Positions 41,811 to 52,463 are shown, counted from the first letter of the stretch. The stretch: 64,000 bases of DNA from an uncultured Nitrososphaerales archaeon (GCA_963695855.1 CAVOHZ010000010.1:1600001-1664000); one strand, 5' to 3'. Program-made: numbers and translations. The notes: a model not told the origin generated them from the letters alone.

Positions 41811-42832
41811 AATATAGAAAATTAGGAAGAAGTGGAATAAAAGTAAGTGAAATTGGATTTGGAGCATGGATTTTAGGTCTTGATTGGTGGGGTAAGAAGA
41901 TTGAAGATGAAGATGCTATAAGAATATTAAAAAGGGCCTATGATATTGGTGTTAATTTTTTTGAAACTGCAGATATGTACGGTAAGGGTAAAAGCGAAAA
42001 GATTATTGGACAAGTATTTAAAGACATGCGAAATGAAGTAATTTATTCTACTAAGTGGGGGTATGACATGTATAGTCATCAACAAATTGGACATAATGAA
42101 ATTCCACAAAAACATAATATGGATTTCTTGCAATTTGCATTAAAGGAAAGTATGTCTAGATTGCAGACAGATTATATCGATGTATATAGTATGCACAATC
42201 CAAAAATAGATGCAATCAAAAATGATCTTTTATTTAATATGTTGGATGATTTAGTCAGTAAAGGAGATATTAAAAGTCATGGAGTAGCTTTAGGTCCAGC
42301 AATAGGATGGGAAGAAGAAGGATTGTATGCTATGAAAAATAGAAATATTACTTGTCTCCAAACAGTTTACAACATCTTAGAACAAGATCCGGGTAGATCT
42401 TTTTTAAATGCTGATATAGATGCACAAAATAATAAGAAAAATATACAAGATAAAACATATGATGTAGGAATAATGGTTCGAGTTCCTGATGCATCAGGAG
42501 TATTAACAGGTAAAGTAACTGAAGCGACCACCTTGAAAGAAAACGACCATCGAAGCTACAGAAAAAAAGAGTGGATTATCGAAGCAATGAAAAAAATTGA
42601 GAAGATGAGACCTATAGCTGAATCAAGGGGATGGACAATACCACAATTAGCTATCAAATTTATTTTATCACAAGAACCTATTTCTGTTGTAATTCCTACA
42701 GTATTGGATATTGAAGAATTAGATTCATTTGCTGAAATGGCTGATGGAAAATACCTTAACAAATTTGAGTTGAATCAAATACAAGAATTATATGAAAATA
42801 ATTTTTATGTTAGTAGTATGATCCAAAATTAA
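41807..42832 (+). CDS. Aldo/keto reductase
   Basis: YRKLGRSGIKVSEIGFG, TADMYG.GKSE and RLQTDYID...MH. Confidence 0.95.
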   Translation: MKYRKLGRSGIKVSEIGFGAWILGLDWWGKKIEDEDAIRILKRAYDIGVNFFETADMYGKGKSEKIIGQVFKDMRNEVIYSTKWGYDMYSHQQIGHNEIPQKHNMDFLQFALKESMSRLQTDYIDVYSMHNPKIDAIKNDLLFNMLDDLVSKGDIKSHGVALGPAIGWEEEGLYAMKNRNITCLQTVYNILEQDPGRSFLNADIDAQNNKKNIQDKTYDVGIMVRVPDASGVLTGKVTEATTLKENDHRSYRKKEWIIEAMKKIEKMRPIAESRGWTIPQLAIKFILSQEPISVVIPTVLDIEELDSFAEMADGKYLNKFELNQIQELYENNFYVSSMIQN

Positions 42833-42993
42833 ATAAAAATCTATAATTATGTTCTAGAGGAATTATATTCATGATCTCATTTAGATCATCATTGACGTTT
42901 AATATGCTAATTTTAATTTATAACTATTTTTCACATTTATAATTCTGTTTATATTTTAAGATAGATAAAAATAATTAAATACAATAGCAAATT

Positions 42994-45063
42994 TTATGCC
43001 TTAGCATAATATCCTGATTTTCGTTCATATATCTGTCCATTTTGCATAGCTTTATTGATAAAATTCTTTGCATCATCTTCTGAAAATCTTCCCGTCTGTG
43101 TAAGTTCCTGAATAAAGTTTTTTTCTTCTACGTCATTCTTATCCTGTCCAGATAAAGCATTAAAAATTTCCATAAATAATTTCAATTTTGATATTTCACT
43201 TTGAGGTTTGCCATGTAAAACACCTAGATCTACTTTACCAGTATTAACATCCACTCCTGCAGTTTCTAACATAGTCTGTATCAAATAAATTGCTCGTTCT
43301 GCATCTTCTGAATCTACATAATCTTTTAATAATAATTTAGATCGTGCAGTTGCAAGTCTTACTAATCCTTCAAGCTGTCTTGGAGTGACGGTTATCATAC
43401 CCTCAGATTCTACATTTCTCATCTTCATGTAATAATCTCTTATCTTATCAATTGCTTCCACCGTTAATTTTGGTTCCATATTTTTTGAATAAGCAAGATA
43501 TTTGCTAAAGATATCTGTATCAATCACGGATTGACTATTTCTTTCTGTGTCTCTATGTATTTCTAGAATATGACTAGCAATAAGATTATCTTTTTCCCTT
43601 TCCGGCGTATCTCGTATCACATAAACGATATCAAATCGTGTCAGGAGTGGAATCGGTAAATTTATATTTTCTGTAATATTTTTGAACGGATCATATTTTC
43701 CATACAATGGATTGGCAGCTGCTAAAATCGAGGTTCTTGCATTTAGTGTTGCAACTATTCCTCCCTTTGCAACTGAACAAGTCTGCTGTTCCATAACTTC
43801 ATGAAGAGCTGAACGATCTTCAGGTTTTATTTTATCAAATTCATCTATGCACACTAATCCTTGATCCCCCAATACAACAGCTCCTGCTTCTAACATCATG
43901 ATGCCTGATTTATCTCTAATAACTGCAGCTGTCAGACCAGCAGCTGTTGTACCTCTCCCCGAAGTGTAAAGTCCTCGTGGAGCTATTTTAGCTGCAAATT
44001 TCAACATTTCAGATTTTGCTGTTCCTGGATCTCCGACTAAAAGAACGTTGATATCGCCCCTTCTTGCGGATCCATCATCTAATATTTTCGTTACTGATCC
44101 AACAATTAATAACAAGATCACTTCCTTAATCACTTCATGACCGTAAATATGTGGAGCATAAGATGATATCAAGATATCATAAGAATTACTTTTGTTTGCG
44201 AGTGCAAAAATACGTTTCTCATCTTCATTACTTATTTCTATCCGTTCCATCATTCTGTCATCTTTATCTCCAGCTCTACCTCCAAGATATTCTATATTAT
44301 TACCTTCCATCCTGAGTTTAAAGAGACTCGTCTTTACATATTGAGATAATTGTTCTTGCTCTATTCTTACAATTCCAGTGAGTAGAATTCTATCTCCGGG
44401 TCTGCATTGATCTACCAAGTCACCAATAACAGTAACTTCAAGATAATGTGGTAGATGACCCGCAGGAAGGTCTTCTGGTAGTTCCTGTAATCTTACCATT
44501 TGGAAATCAATAAAAATACTAGTATCTGGATCCATTTCTAATTCCTTTTCTGAACATTGTTTGCATTTTAATGGTTTTTTTAATACTAAACTTTTTAGTT
44601 GTGCTTCATTTATTTCACCACAACTAAGACATCTATAACCAATTTTTTTTGCTAAGGGTTTAACTTCAGACGTTCTTACTACCATACCAGAAACTCCAAT
44701 TAGCTTATTAATTGCTTCTGCATTTATTTCTCGTAACCCTTTTTGTACTGTATAATTTCCTATTCTAACTTTAATATTATTCGATATTTCTTCTGCATAA
44801 TCTGGATGAATTTCATGAAGTACAGAAAAAACTGCTTTGTTAAATGCTTCTAGCATCTCGTCTGGATCATCAGTAATCTTCTTTGCTAGATCAGGTTTGA
44901 ATGTATCAAAATCAATGTAATCAACTAATAGAGAAGTAGAATTTGCTGCCATCATGTTATTAATTCTATCAAAATATTTGTAATTTCTAGATCTATCTTT
45001 AAACGCACGTAAAAATTCTTCTAAATCATTAACTATAGCAGATTGAGTTTTAAGCTCAGCCAA
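42994..45063 (-). CDS. mcm: Replicative helicase MCM
   Basis: GDPGTAKS, CIDEFDK, ILAAANP, LLTRFD and a Zn finger. No intein. Confidence 0.99.
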   Translation of the reverse strand: MAELKTQSAIVNDLEEFLRAFKDRSRNYKYFDRINNMMAANSTSLLVDYIDFDTFKPDLAKKITDDPDEMLEAFNKAVFSVLHEIHPDYAEEISNNIKVRIGNYTVQKGLREINAEAINKLIGVSGMVVRTSEVKPLAKKIGYRCLSCGEINEAQLKSLVLKKPLKCKQCSEKELEMDPDTSIFIDFQMVRLQELPEDLPAGHLPHYLEVTVIGDLVDQCRPGDRILLTGIVRIEQEQLSQYVKTSLFKLRMEGNNIEYLGGRAGDKDDRMMERIEISNEDEKRIFALANKSNSYDILISSYAPHIYGHEVIKEVILLLIVGSVTKILDDGSARRGDINVLLVGDPGTAKSEMLKFAAKIAPRGLYTSGRGTTAAGLTAAVIRDKSGIMMLEAGAVVLGDQGLVCIDEFDKIKPEDRSALHEVMEQQTCSVAKGGIVATLNARTSILAAANPLYGKYDPFKNITENINLPIPLLTRFDIVYVIRDTPEREKDNLIASHILEIHRDTERNSQSVIDTDIFSKYLAYSKNMEPKLTVEAIDKIRDYYMKMRNVESEGMITVTPRQLEGLVRLATARSKLLLKDYVDSEDAERAIYLIQTMLETAGVDVNTGKVDLGVLHGKPQSEISKLKLFMEIFNALSGQDKNDVEEKNFIQELTQTGRFSEDDAKNFINKAMQNGQIYERKSGYYAKA

Positions 45064-45634
45064 GTTTGTTCACCGCCAATTGTTTAAATGAATAAGAAGA
45101 ATTATGAATGAAATTATACAGTTCTATTTCTTCCGCAGACAGCTTTCTTTCCAAGTCTGTTGTGAGAGATGACGCAGCAGCTAATTTAACAATTTTCTCT
45201 ATTCTTGAAGTTATAAAAGAATTGAGAGAAACTAATATAGATTCTTTTTCACTTTCCTTTAATCTTTTGATATAATCATTTACTCGTATATAAAAATCGA
45301 TGTCTATTCCGGATAAATCATGAGGTTTTGAAATTCTTTCGCGATTTAAAGATCTAGAGATATATACTAAAACATCAATATCTTGAATTTCTAGATTTCC
45401 ATTAGCTTCCAGAATTTTCGCTAGCCATCTAGGAATAGAAGTAATTTCACCATCTTTTCCCTCAAGAGAAAGATTATCTAAGTTTATTGAGACGTTTTTT
45501 TTAAAAGTTATTCTGATGTCTTCCATGAGATATTTTGCATAATAGAATTTTTGAATAAATTCTATCCTGTATTTGATATTATCGTAATTATAGATATTAT
45601 TAGTGTTATTATTTTCTGCCATCGTGTGACTCAT
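45056..45634 (-). CDS. gins: GINS complex subunit (Gins23-type)
   Basis: IPRWLA..L and R..KIVKLAA. Overlaps the mcm start, the known archaeal arrangement. Confidence 0.88.
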   Translation of the reverse strand: MSHTMAENNNTNNIYNYDNIKYRIEFIQKFYYAKYLMEDIRITFKKNVSINLDNLSLEGKDGEITSIPRWLAKILEANGNLEIQDIDVLVYISRSLNRERISKPHDLSGIDIDFYIRVNDYIKRLKESEKESILVSLNSFITSRIEKIVKLAAASSLTTDLERKLSAEEIELYNFIHNSSYSFKQLAVNKLG

Positions 45635-45806
45635 CTGTTTTTATATGAAGACCATAATATTAAATCAACTTAGACTAACTATTTTTATTAACAAAACAAT
45701 TTTGTTGAAATGATTACGAATATATAATATTTTTAGAACTATAAAATCGATCTAATAGAAGATAAGAAGATATTAATAAACTTATTAAATTTATACTCTA
45801 TTTAGA

Positions 45807-46835
45807 ATGCCTCCAAATGTCAATGATACTAACATATCCGATTTAATGTGGGTAGAGAAATATCGGCCTAAAAAAATTGAACAGATAGTAAATCAAAAAG
45901 ATATTATAAGATCTCTAAAAAATTTGATTAAAAAACCAGATGAGATACCACACTTGTTGTTTGCGGGTGCTGCAGGTATTGGGAAAACTACTACAGCTTT
46001 ATGTTTATCAAAGGAATTATTGGGAGAGGGATGGAGAAGAGATGTTCTTGAGCTAAATGCTTCAGATGAAAGAGGTATAAAGATGGTTCGAGAACGTGTT
46101 AAGGAATTTGCTGCGGTAATCAAACTTCCGAGTGGAAAAGATTTGAAAGATCCTAGTAATAAAAATGACAGACAATATAGAATCATAATTCTTGACGAAG
46201 CAGATGAAATGACATCAGAAGCACAGACAGCATTAAGAAGGATAATTGAGGATAGCTCTAAAACAACAAGGTTTATTATAATATGTAATTATCTTTCACA
46301 AATAATTGAGCCTATTCAAAGTAGATGCGCAGTATTTCATTTTACTAAATTAGGGGAAAAAGAAATAGTAGAACATTTAAAGAAGATTTGTAATAGCGAA
46401 GGAATAGAATACAAGGATCAAGCTTTATTAAAGATTTATAACTACACAGAAGGGGATTTGAGACATTCGATTAATATACTTCAGACAACATCAGGATTTG
46501 GTGAAATCAATCTTTCAAATGTTAATGCAGCTATGGGATTATCAGGAAGATCAAAAATTGGTGAAGTGATAAAATTGTCTCTAGACGGTAAATTCGATGA
46601 TGCAAGAATCAACCTACTGGAATTATTATTTGTCTATGGATTATCGGCTGCGGATTTTTTCAAGTATTCTTATCAAGAAATAAAAGATATGAAACTTGAA
46701 AACATCGAAGAAATAATGTCGATAATGGCTGAATATGATTACAGATTATCGGTTGGAGCTCATTCAGAAATTCAACTAACTGCATTTCTTGCTCAATTAG
46801 CTAGAATAGGTTCTAACAATAAGTCAAAAAAATGA
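45807..46835 (+). CDS. rfcS: Replication factor C small subunit
   Basis: WVEKYRP, GIGKTT, LELNASDERG, ILDEAD and IQSRC. Confidence 0.98.
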   Translation: MPPNVNDTNISDLMWVEKYRPKKIEQIVNQKDIIRSLKNLIKKPDEIPHLLFAGAAGIGKTTTALCLSKELLGEGWRRDVLELNASDERGIKMVRERVKEFAAVIKLPSGKDLKDPSNKNDRQYRIIILDEADEMTSEAQTALRRIIEDSSKTTRFIIICNYLSQIIEPIQSRCAVFHFTKLGEKEIVEHLKKICNSEGIEYKDQALLKIYNYTEGDLRHSINILQTTSGFGEINLSNVNAAMGLSGRSKIGEVIKLSLDGKFDDARINLLELLFVYGLSAADFFKYSYQEIKDMKLENIEEIMSIMAEYDYRLSVGAHSEIQLTAFLAQLARIGSNNKSKK

Positions 46836-46886
46836 AATGTCAACGAGAGTATTTTATTATGTTAATTTAATAAATATATTAAAAGT

Positions 46887-47621
46887 ATGTCTTTTATGTT
46901 AAACAGATCGGATAAATCTTCACAGTCTGTAGTTTGTATTGTTAGCGGTGGTTTGGATTCTATCTGCACTGCTGCTTATTTGAGAAAACAAAATTTCAAC
47001 TTGTATATCGTAACGTTTAGTTATGGTCAGAGGGCCATACATGAGATAGAATGTGCTAAGAAATTTTCAGATTATCTGAATTTTAAAGAACACAAGATTG
47101 TTGATATATCGTTTATGAAAGAAATTTATGGAGAAACAAATGTTTTAACTGACAAACAACAGAATATTCCAGAAAATTTTGATTATAAAATAGTTGTACC
47201 TCTAAGAAATGGGATATTTATTACTATTGCTACTGCATGGGCTATGAGTATTGGAGCGAAAATAGTTGTTTACGGGGCTCATAGTGATGATCATAATTAT
47301 CCAGACTGTAGGCCGGAATTTGCTTTATCCCTTAGTAAGGCTTTAAATTTAGGAGAGAGTGATGGGATTGCTCTGGGATTCCGTAATAAAGTTGAAATTT
47401 GGTCTCCAGCTCTAGATAGAATAGATAAATCAAATCTGATAAAAATGGGGTATGAATATTTAGGAGATAAAATCTTTGAGACATGGAGTTGCTATTCAGA
47501 TGGTATCAACATCGGAGAAAGAAGAATACATTGTGGTATTTGTGAATCGTGTATAAATAGAAGAAAAGCTTTTAAAAATTCCAATATACGTGACAAAACA
47601 GAATATGCTTACAAAAGATAA
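46887..47621 (+). CDS. queC: 7-cyano-7-deazaguanine synthase
   Basis: SGGLDS, YGQR, VPLRN, YPDCRPEF and TWSCY..HCGICESC. Confidence 0.97.
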   Translation: MSFMLNRSDKSSQSVVCIVSGGLDSICTAAYLRKQNFNLYIVTFSYGQRAIHEIECAKKFSDYLNFKEHKIVDISFMKEIYGETNVLTDKQQNIPENFDYKIVVPLRNGIFITIATAWAMSIGAKIVVYGAHSDDHNYPDCRPEFALSLSKALNLGESDGIALGFRNKVEIWSPALDRIDKSNLIKMGYEYLGDKIFETWSCYSDGINIGERRIHCGICESCINRRKAFKNSNIRDKTEYAYKR

Positions 47622-48336
47622 AAAAGTGCAACTTAGTGAAATATTTACAAGTATTGAAGGCGAAGGAATTTTCTTCGGTACAAAGACCATGTTCGTTAGA
47701 ATGGCAGGTTGTCATTTGAGATGTTACTGGTGTGATACCAGCTATGCTTTACCATTGACTAGTGGAAATTCTTATCATATTGATGAGGTAAAAAAAATGA
47801 TCAAGGAGAATTTAAAAGAAAACACATACAAAATTAATTTTACTGGTGGAGAACCTCTAATTCAATATAGAGCAGTAAAAGAGTTAGCAAGATTCATCAA
47901 AGATGAGATAGGTTTAAGAACATATATAGAATCTTCTTGTTATGATTTTAATAGATTTAACGAGATTATTCCCTATTTTGATATTTGTAAGATTGAATTT
48001 AAAATGAAGGATTCAATGGTGGTTGAACCTGAACATTATTATAATCTTCTAGAAAATGAATTAGAATGTTTGAAGATAGCCATTAAAAATAATAAAATTA
48101 CTTATATCAAAATCGTGGTTTCAAATAATACAGATATTAATGAATTCAAGAAATTGATAGATACCATTTTCAGTATCATACATGCAGAGAGCCTAGCAGG
48201 ATTTATAATACAGCCTACTACTAAGATAGATGAACCAACTGTGGATAATTTGTTGAAATTTTATGATCTGATTTATCCAAGGTATAATGATGTTAGGGTT
48301 ATTCCTCAGTTACACAAAGTAATAGGAGCAAGTTAA
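47590..48336 (+). CDS. queE: 7-carboxy-7-deazaguanine synthase (radical SAM)
   Basis: EIFTSIEGEG, CHLRCYWCDT, FTGGEP and PQLHK. Confidence 0.96.
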   Translation: MTKQNMLTKDKKVQLSEIFTSIEGEGIFFGTKTMFVRMAGCHLRCYWCDTSYALPLTSGNSYHIDEVKKMIKENLKENTYKINFTGGEPLIQYRAVKELARFIKDEIGLRTYIESSCYDFNRFNEIIPYFDICKIEFKMKDSMVVEPEHYYNLLENELECLKIAIKNNKITYIKIVVSNNTDINEFKKLIDTIFSIIHAESLAGFIIQPTTKIDEPTVDNLLKFYDLIYPRYNDVRVIPQLHKVIGAS

Positions 48337-48343
48337 ATAAAGA

Positions 48344-48937
48344 ATGTCCAATAAAAGGATACAAAAAACTGGGATACAAAAAACTGGTTTTATGAACAAA
48401 AATAAAATTGAGAAGATAATACGACAGTTGCTTATAGAATTAGGAGAAAATCCCAATAGAGAAGGATTGGTTGAGACGCCTAGACGTATTGCAGGTATGT
48501 ATGAAGAGATTTTTTGTGGATATGGAATGAGTTCCGAGCTGGATGTAAGCTTCAGTGAAGAAACTAATGCAATAATTGCAAGAGATATACAATTCTACAG
48601 TATGTGTGAACATCACATGCTTCCATTTTACGGAAAAATTCACATAGCATATATTCCAAATGGAAAGGTATTTGGTATATCAAAACTTGTCAGACTGACT
48701 GAAAAGTATTCTAGGAGAATGCAAATACAAGAAAGATTGACTAAGGAGATTGCTGATGAAATAGCCAAAAGAGATGTATCGGGTGTACTAGTAATAATTG
48801 AAGGGGAACATCTTTGTATGAAAATGAGAGGAGTTAGAAATAATAGTTCAATACTAACAGTTGCATATAGGGGCATATTTGAAGAGAAAGACCTTAGAGA
48901 AAACTGTACTTTCCTTAATCTATACAAGGCAAAATAA
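48344..48937 (+). CDS. folE: GTP cyclohydrolase I
   Basis: REGLVETPRR, SMCEHHMLPF, GISK, QIQERLT and HLCMKMRG. Confidence 0.96.
   Translation: MSNKRIQKTGIQKTGFMNKNKIEKIIRQLLIELGENPNREGLVETPRRIAGMYEEIFCGYGMSSELDVSFSEETNAIIARDIQFYSMCEHHMLPFYGKIHIAYIPNGKVFGISKLVRLTEKYSRRMQIQERLTKEIADEIAKRDVSGVLVIIEGEHLCMKMRGVRNNSSILTVAYRGIFEEKDLRENCTFLNLYKAK
48357..48386 (+). repeat. 15-bp tandem duplication in the folE 5' end
   Basis: GGATACAAAAAACTG twice, giving IQKTG-IQKTG. Confidence 0.9.
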
Positions 48938-49077
48938 TATAAGAAATATATAAAAAATCTCGAGTTTGTGTATATTTAATGATTTTTGATTATGAAAAAT
49001 AGAGAGAGCAGAAATTCTTTTATAATTTTTATAATGAGAAGGCTTATAATAAAGTAAATTTTTTATAGGTAAGAAGA

Positions 49078-49347
49078 ATGGCAGAAGCGATCTTTAGAGT
49101 CCAGTCTCATAAGTTCACTCAAGACAACATTCAAGGAACATTAGTTTGTTCAAAATGTGATGAGGTATTCTCCAAGGAATTTTTACTAGATCTTGAGGGA
49201 CAAACTACAGAATTTAAGTGTCCAGTTTGTGGAGTTACTGGTGAGGCTGATCTACCTTTTAAGACTGCTGAAGAGAGAGAAGAATTTGATGAAGATTTGG
49301 ATGAAGTTGAAGAAGAGAATGGTGATGAATTTGATGAAGAATATTAA
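49078..49347 (+). CDS. Small zinc-ribbon protein with acidic tail
   Basis: CSKC and CPVC, with an E/D-rich C-terminus. Confidence 0.85.
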   Translation: MAEAIFRVQSHKFTQDNIQGTLVCSKCDEVFSKEFLLDLEGQTTEFKCPVCGVTGEADLPFKTAEEREEFDEDLDEVEEENGDEFDEEY

Positions 49348-49431
49348 AGAAAGTACATTTAATAAAGAAATTTTTTATCACCACGAACTATTTTGATAAA
49401 AATAATAAACTACTAAATTAATTTATTTATT

Positions 49432-49551
49432 ATGATTCAATGTCAAAAATGTGGAAGGGTCAAATTTTATTCTTTTAATTTTATCTTCTCGAAATTTATT
49501 TGTAATGAGTGTTATTTAATAATCAAAGAAAAAGAAGATCAAGTAAAATGA
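49432..49551 (+). CDS. 39-aa CxxC...CxxC microprotein
   Basis: MIQCQKCGRVKFYSFNFIFSKFICNECYLIIKEKEDQVK. Not in the ORF track. Confidence 0.55.
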   Translation: MIQCQKCGRVKFYSFNFIFSKFICNECYLIIKEKEDQVK

Positions 49552-49593
49552 AGTAAAGCTTTTCTTAGAACTACGTATATAATAAATATGGTA

Positions 49594-50061
49594 TTATTGT
49601 TTTGAACCACATTTTATACAAAATTTAGAATTATATTTGAGTTTAATACCACATTCAATACAAAATTTTAGTTCTTGATTCTTGGAGTTTGATAGAAAAT
49701 TAGAATCAGCTGTACCAGTTTTTTTTAGAAAATGATCATCATCAGTATATTTATTCTCGGAAGATGATGAATCTGTTCTGTTAAACATATCAATAATTGC
49801 TCCTGTTGGTCGAAAACTTTCATCCACATCAGGCAACAAACTGGTATAAATACTATTATCATTGTTTGATTCATTATCCTCTGGAATATCCTTTTTAGTT
49901 TCTAAAAAGAGCATTAATCTTGGTACTTGTTCCCCCTGAAATTCTATAATTTCGGATAACCAATAAACAAACTTTTTTAATGTCATTTCTGGAGTAGAAA
50001 AGGTTAGAGTATGTGTAGACATATATTCTTCTGCTGCGGATTTACCATTAAATAGTTTCAT
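49594..50061 (-). CDS. Protein with C-terminal zinc ribbon
   Basis: FCIECG..L....KFCIKCGSKQ. Confidence 0.85.
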   Translation of the reverse strand: MKLFNGKSAAEEYMSTHTLTFSTPEMTLKKFVYWLSEIIEFQGEQVPRLMLFLETKKDIPEDNESNNDNSIYTSLLPDVDESFRPTGAIIDMFNRTDSSSSENKYTDDDHFLKKTGTADSNFLSNSKNQELKFCIECGIKLKYNSKFCIKCGSKQ

Positions 50062-50094
50062 GATTATTAAATAAATATCACTGGTTGTTTTTAA

Positions 50095-50628
50095 TTATTG
50101 CGAATTACCGCATTTACTGCAAAATTTTGCTTTGGCTGGAATAGATATTCCGCATACAATACAATTTTTGATTTTTTTATCATCTGCAATACCAAGTGGA
50201 ATAGATTTTGCATCTGTAGGACTGGATCTTTCAAGTTCACTATCTGCTGGACGAAGACTAGGTTCGATTGTAGAAATTGTCTTTCCTCCTACCTGACCTC
50301 CACCGCTAACAAATCCTCCGATTCCGAAATCGGTTGAACCTCCTTTAGATGAGGGATCAACAAATTCTCCAGTTGAACTCTTTAATGAAGAGCCCTTATC
50401 AAATGCTAATTTTAATTCTAGTATAACTTTAACAGCTAAAAAATTCAAGGCTGAGCTTGCAATTAGATACTTGCCGATGCTTGCAAAATATTCTTTATCA
50501 TTCATTTTACCTTGTTTGAATCGTTGAGTAGAATCAAGTAAAGATTCATATTTATTTTGAGTATCATCAATTAATTGTTTTAATTTTTCAGTTAATCCTC
50601 CCAGAGTATCTACACCAAAAGTTGCCAT
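50095..50628 (-). CDS. Protein with C-terminal zinc ribbon
   Basis: Helical N-terminus, Gly-rich linker and CIVCG..IP..AKFCSKCGNSQ. Confidence 0.85.
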   Translation of the reverse strand: MATFGVDTLGGLTEKLKQLIDDTQNKYESLLDSTQRFKQGKMNDKEYFASIGKYLIASSALNFLAVKVILELKLAFDKGSSLKSSTGEFVDPSSKGGSTDFGIGGFVSGGGQVGGKTISTIEPSLRPADSELERSSPTDAKSIPLGIADDKKIKNCIVCGISIPAKAKFCSKCGNSQ

Positions 50629-51087
50629 AAATAGAAGATGGATAGATTGGGTTTAATAAAGTTTGGATGAAAATTTAAGTTATTTGTTGTTGTTATTAAT
50701 TTGAATAACTTTATTACATGATATATTCTTCGTTATGTAAGAATATGGTGAAAACATAATATATTCTAGAATATATATTCATAGTCCGTTGGTTTTTAAC
50801 ACTTTCGTGGTAATCATTAGAATTCTTTATTCTAATAGATTCTTTTCAAGAGATCTTTCTGGTATATAGGATCTAGCTGATTACAACAGATCAATTATTT
50901 ATAAATTGAATAATGTAATAAAGTCAAACGTATTGTGAACAACAAATATCAACAACAAAACGGAGATTATAGAGACAGTATATATTATCTTAATAAATAT
51001 AAAATTCATGAAAAAAAACTTCATGTTATGTAGGATTTTCTTTTTAATTGAGAAAAAGGATTATGATTATTCAATTAGAAATATTTT

Positions 51088-51522
51088 ATGGAGCTGATTA
51101 ATAAAATATATCCGTATAGATCTTCAATTTCAAAATATTTTAAGATTTTGGATTTAATTATTATAGGCTTAGTAATTTTTATTTTGCTTGGTTTTTTTGC
51201 ATATGATTACAAATTTTTCGGTTTTAATGAACAAATAATAAATATTCCACATAATTTAAAATACTATTTTGATTCATTACTTTGGATCTTATTCATAGTT
51301 TTAACATTAGATTTATATTTGAAATATAAAGTTACTAGGAATTGGAAAGTTTTTATAAAAAAATATTGGATAGATGTTACAATGACTATATTGATACCAA
51401 TTCTTTATCCTTTTAAATTTATAAAAGTCTCGATTAAAACTTACAAAATGATAAAAACAGCAAAATATACGATCAAAATAGCCCAAAAAATTAAAAAGAT
51501 TAAATATTTTTTTAAGAGATAA
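51088..51522 (+). CDS. Small membrane protein resembling an ion-channel S1-S4 segment without a pore
   Basis: TM helices, then F..DL, FIKKYWID and a helix with Lys every 3-4 residues. Confidence 0.6.
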   Translation: MELINKIYPYRSSISKYFKILDLIIIGLVIFILLGFFAYDYKFFGFNEQIINIPHNLKYYFDSLLWILFIVLTLDLYLKYKVTRNWKVFIKKYWIDVTMTILIPILYPFKFIKVSIKTYKMIKTAKYTIKIAQKIKKIKYFFKR

Positions 51523-52178
51523 GATAAGATTGTACATGAATTTAAAAGTGATATATATTTATGCACTGAAGTTTTGTTAAATCTCCTCGTAAAATTAGTG
51601 ATTCTGATTTGAGCTCAGCTCCTTTTTTATTAATTGTACCATTAGGATCGAATTTAAAAAGATAAAATTTTTTTTGTTGATGTTATACATAATTTTTTAA
51701 GGCGGTCCGCACTCTAGAAAATTTGATAATTTATGAAAAAATGTTGCTGTTTGACTATCGAATGAGAGATAGGATATTTTATTGATATTATCAAAAATTA
51801 TATCTTTCTAATTATTGATTTCCTAGATTATAGAATATATAGTAGTTATTTCAATAATTGCTACAAGTGTTCATATGATTTTAGATCTTTCTGATCTTTC
51901 TTTTTATCAATTATTTATCTCCTAAAATTGACATAATGATAAATATTCCTCCACGTGGAACATAAATAAAATGGGAATACAATTATTGGAGGATTGGAAC
52001 TGCATCAAGGAGAAACATTTAAAAAATTCGAAATAATCCGAAAAATCAGTCCGTATCATCTGGAAATCATATCCAAAGCAGGTAGTATCGGCTCATCTCA
52101 TACATTCCAACGATAAAAAATAGAAGCGAAGAAATTAAAGTTTCATTTATTACAATATTGTGGTTATCTGATCTGTTA

Positions 52179-52463
52179 TTATGTTGCCTTTTCGATCTCG
52201 TTACAAAAAAAATAACATACCGTATACTCATGATCACGATTATAAAATCTACTTATACAACAATCTGAAACTTCATAAGATTCACCATCTTTCACTTTTA
52301 ATAATAGTTGGTATTTTGGAATTTCTGATACAGAATCTTTGATTTTCATAGCTATTTCCTTTAATAGAGGATCTGATGATGAAATAAGAAAATGACCTTC
52401 ATATCGAGCTGTGATTCCAGGAAAATAGAAAAATTCCTGAACATTCAACACTCTATTTAACAT
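52179..52463 (-). CDS. Hypothetical protein
   Basis: 94-aa ATG-start ORF. No family recognised. Confidence 0.45.
   Translation of the reverse strand: MLNRVLNVQEFFYFPGITARYEGHFLISSSDPLLKEIAMKIKDSVSEIPKYQLLLKVKDGESYEVSDCCISRFYNRDHEYTVCYFFCNEIEKAT

Noticed and set aside
42994-46835. Inteins in MCM or RFC
   Set aside because: Lengths are normal and the motifs around Walker A are contiguous.
46887-48937. queC-queE-folE as a 7-deazaguanine DNA-modification (dpd) system
   Set aside because: No dpdA/tgt-like gene is adjacent and the cluster sits in core context after rfcS. preQ0 supply for archaeosine tRNA modification explains it.
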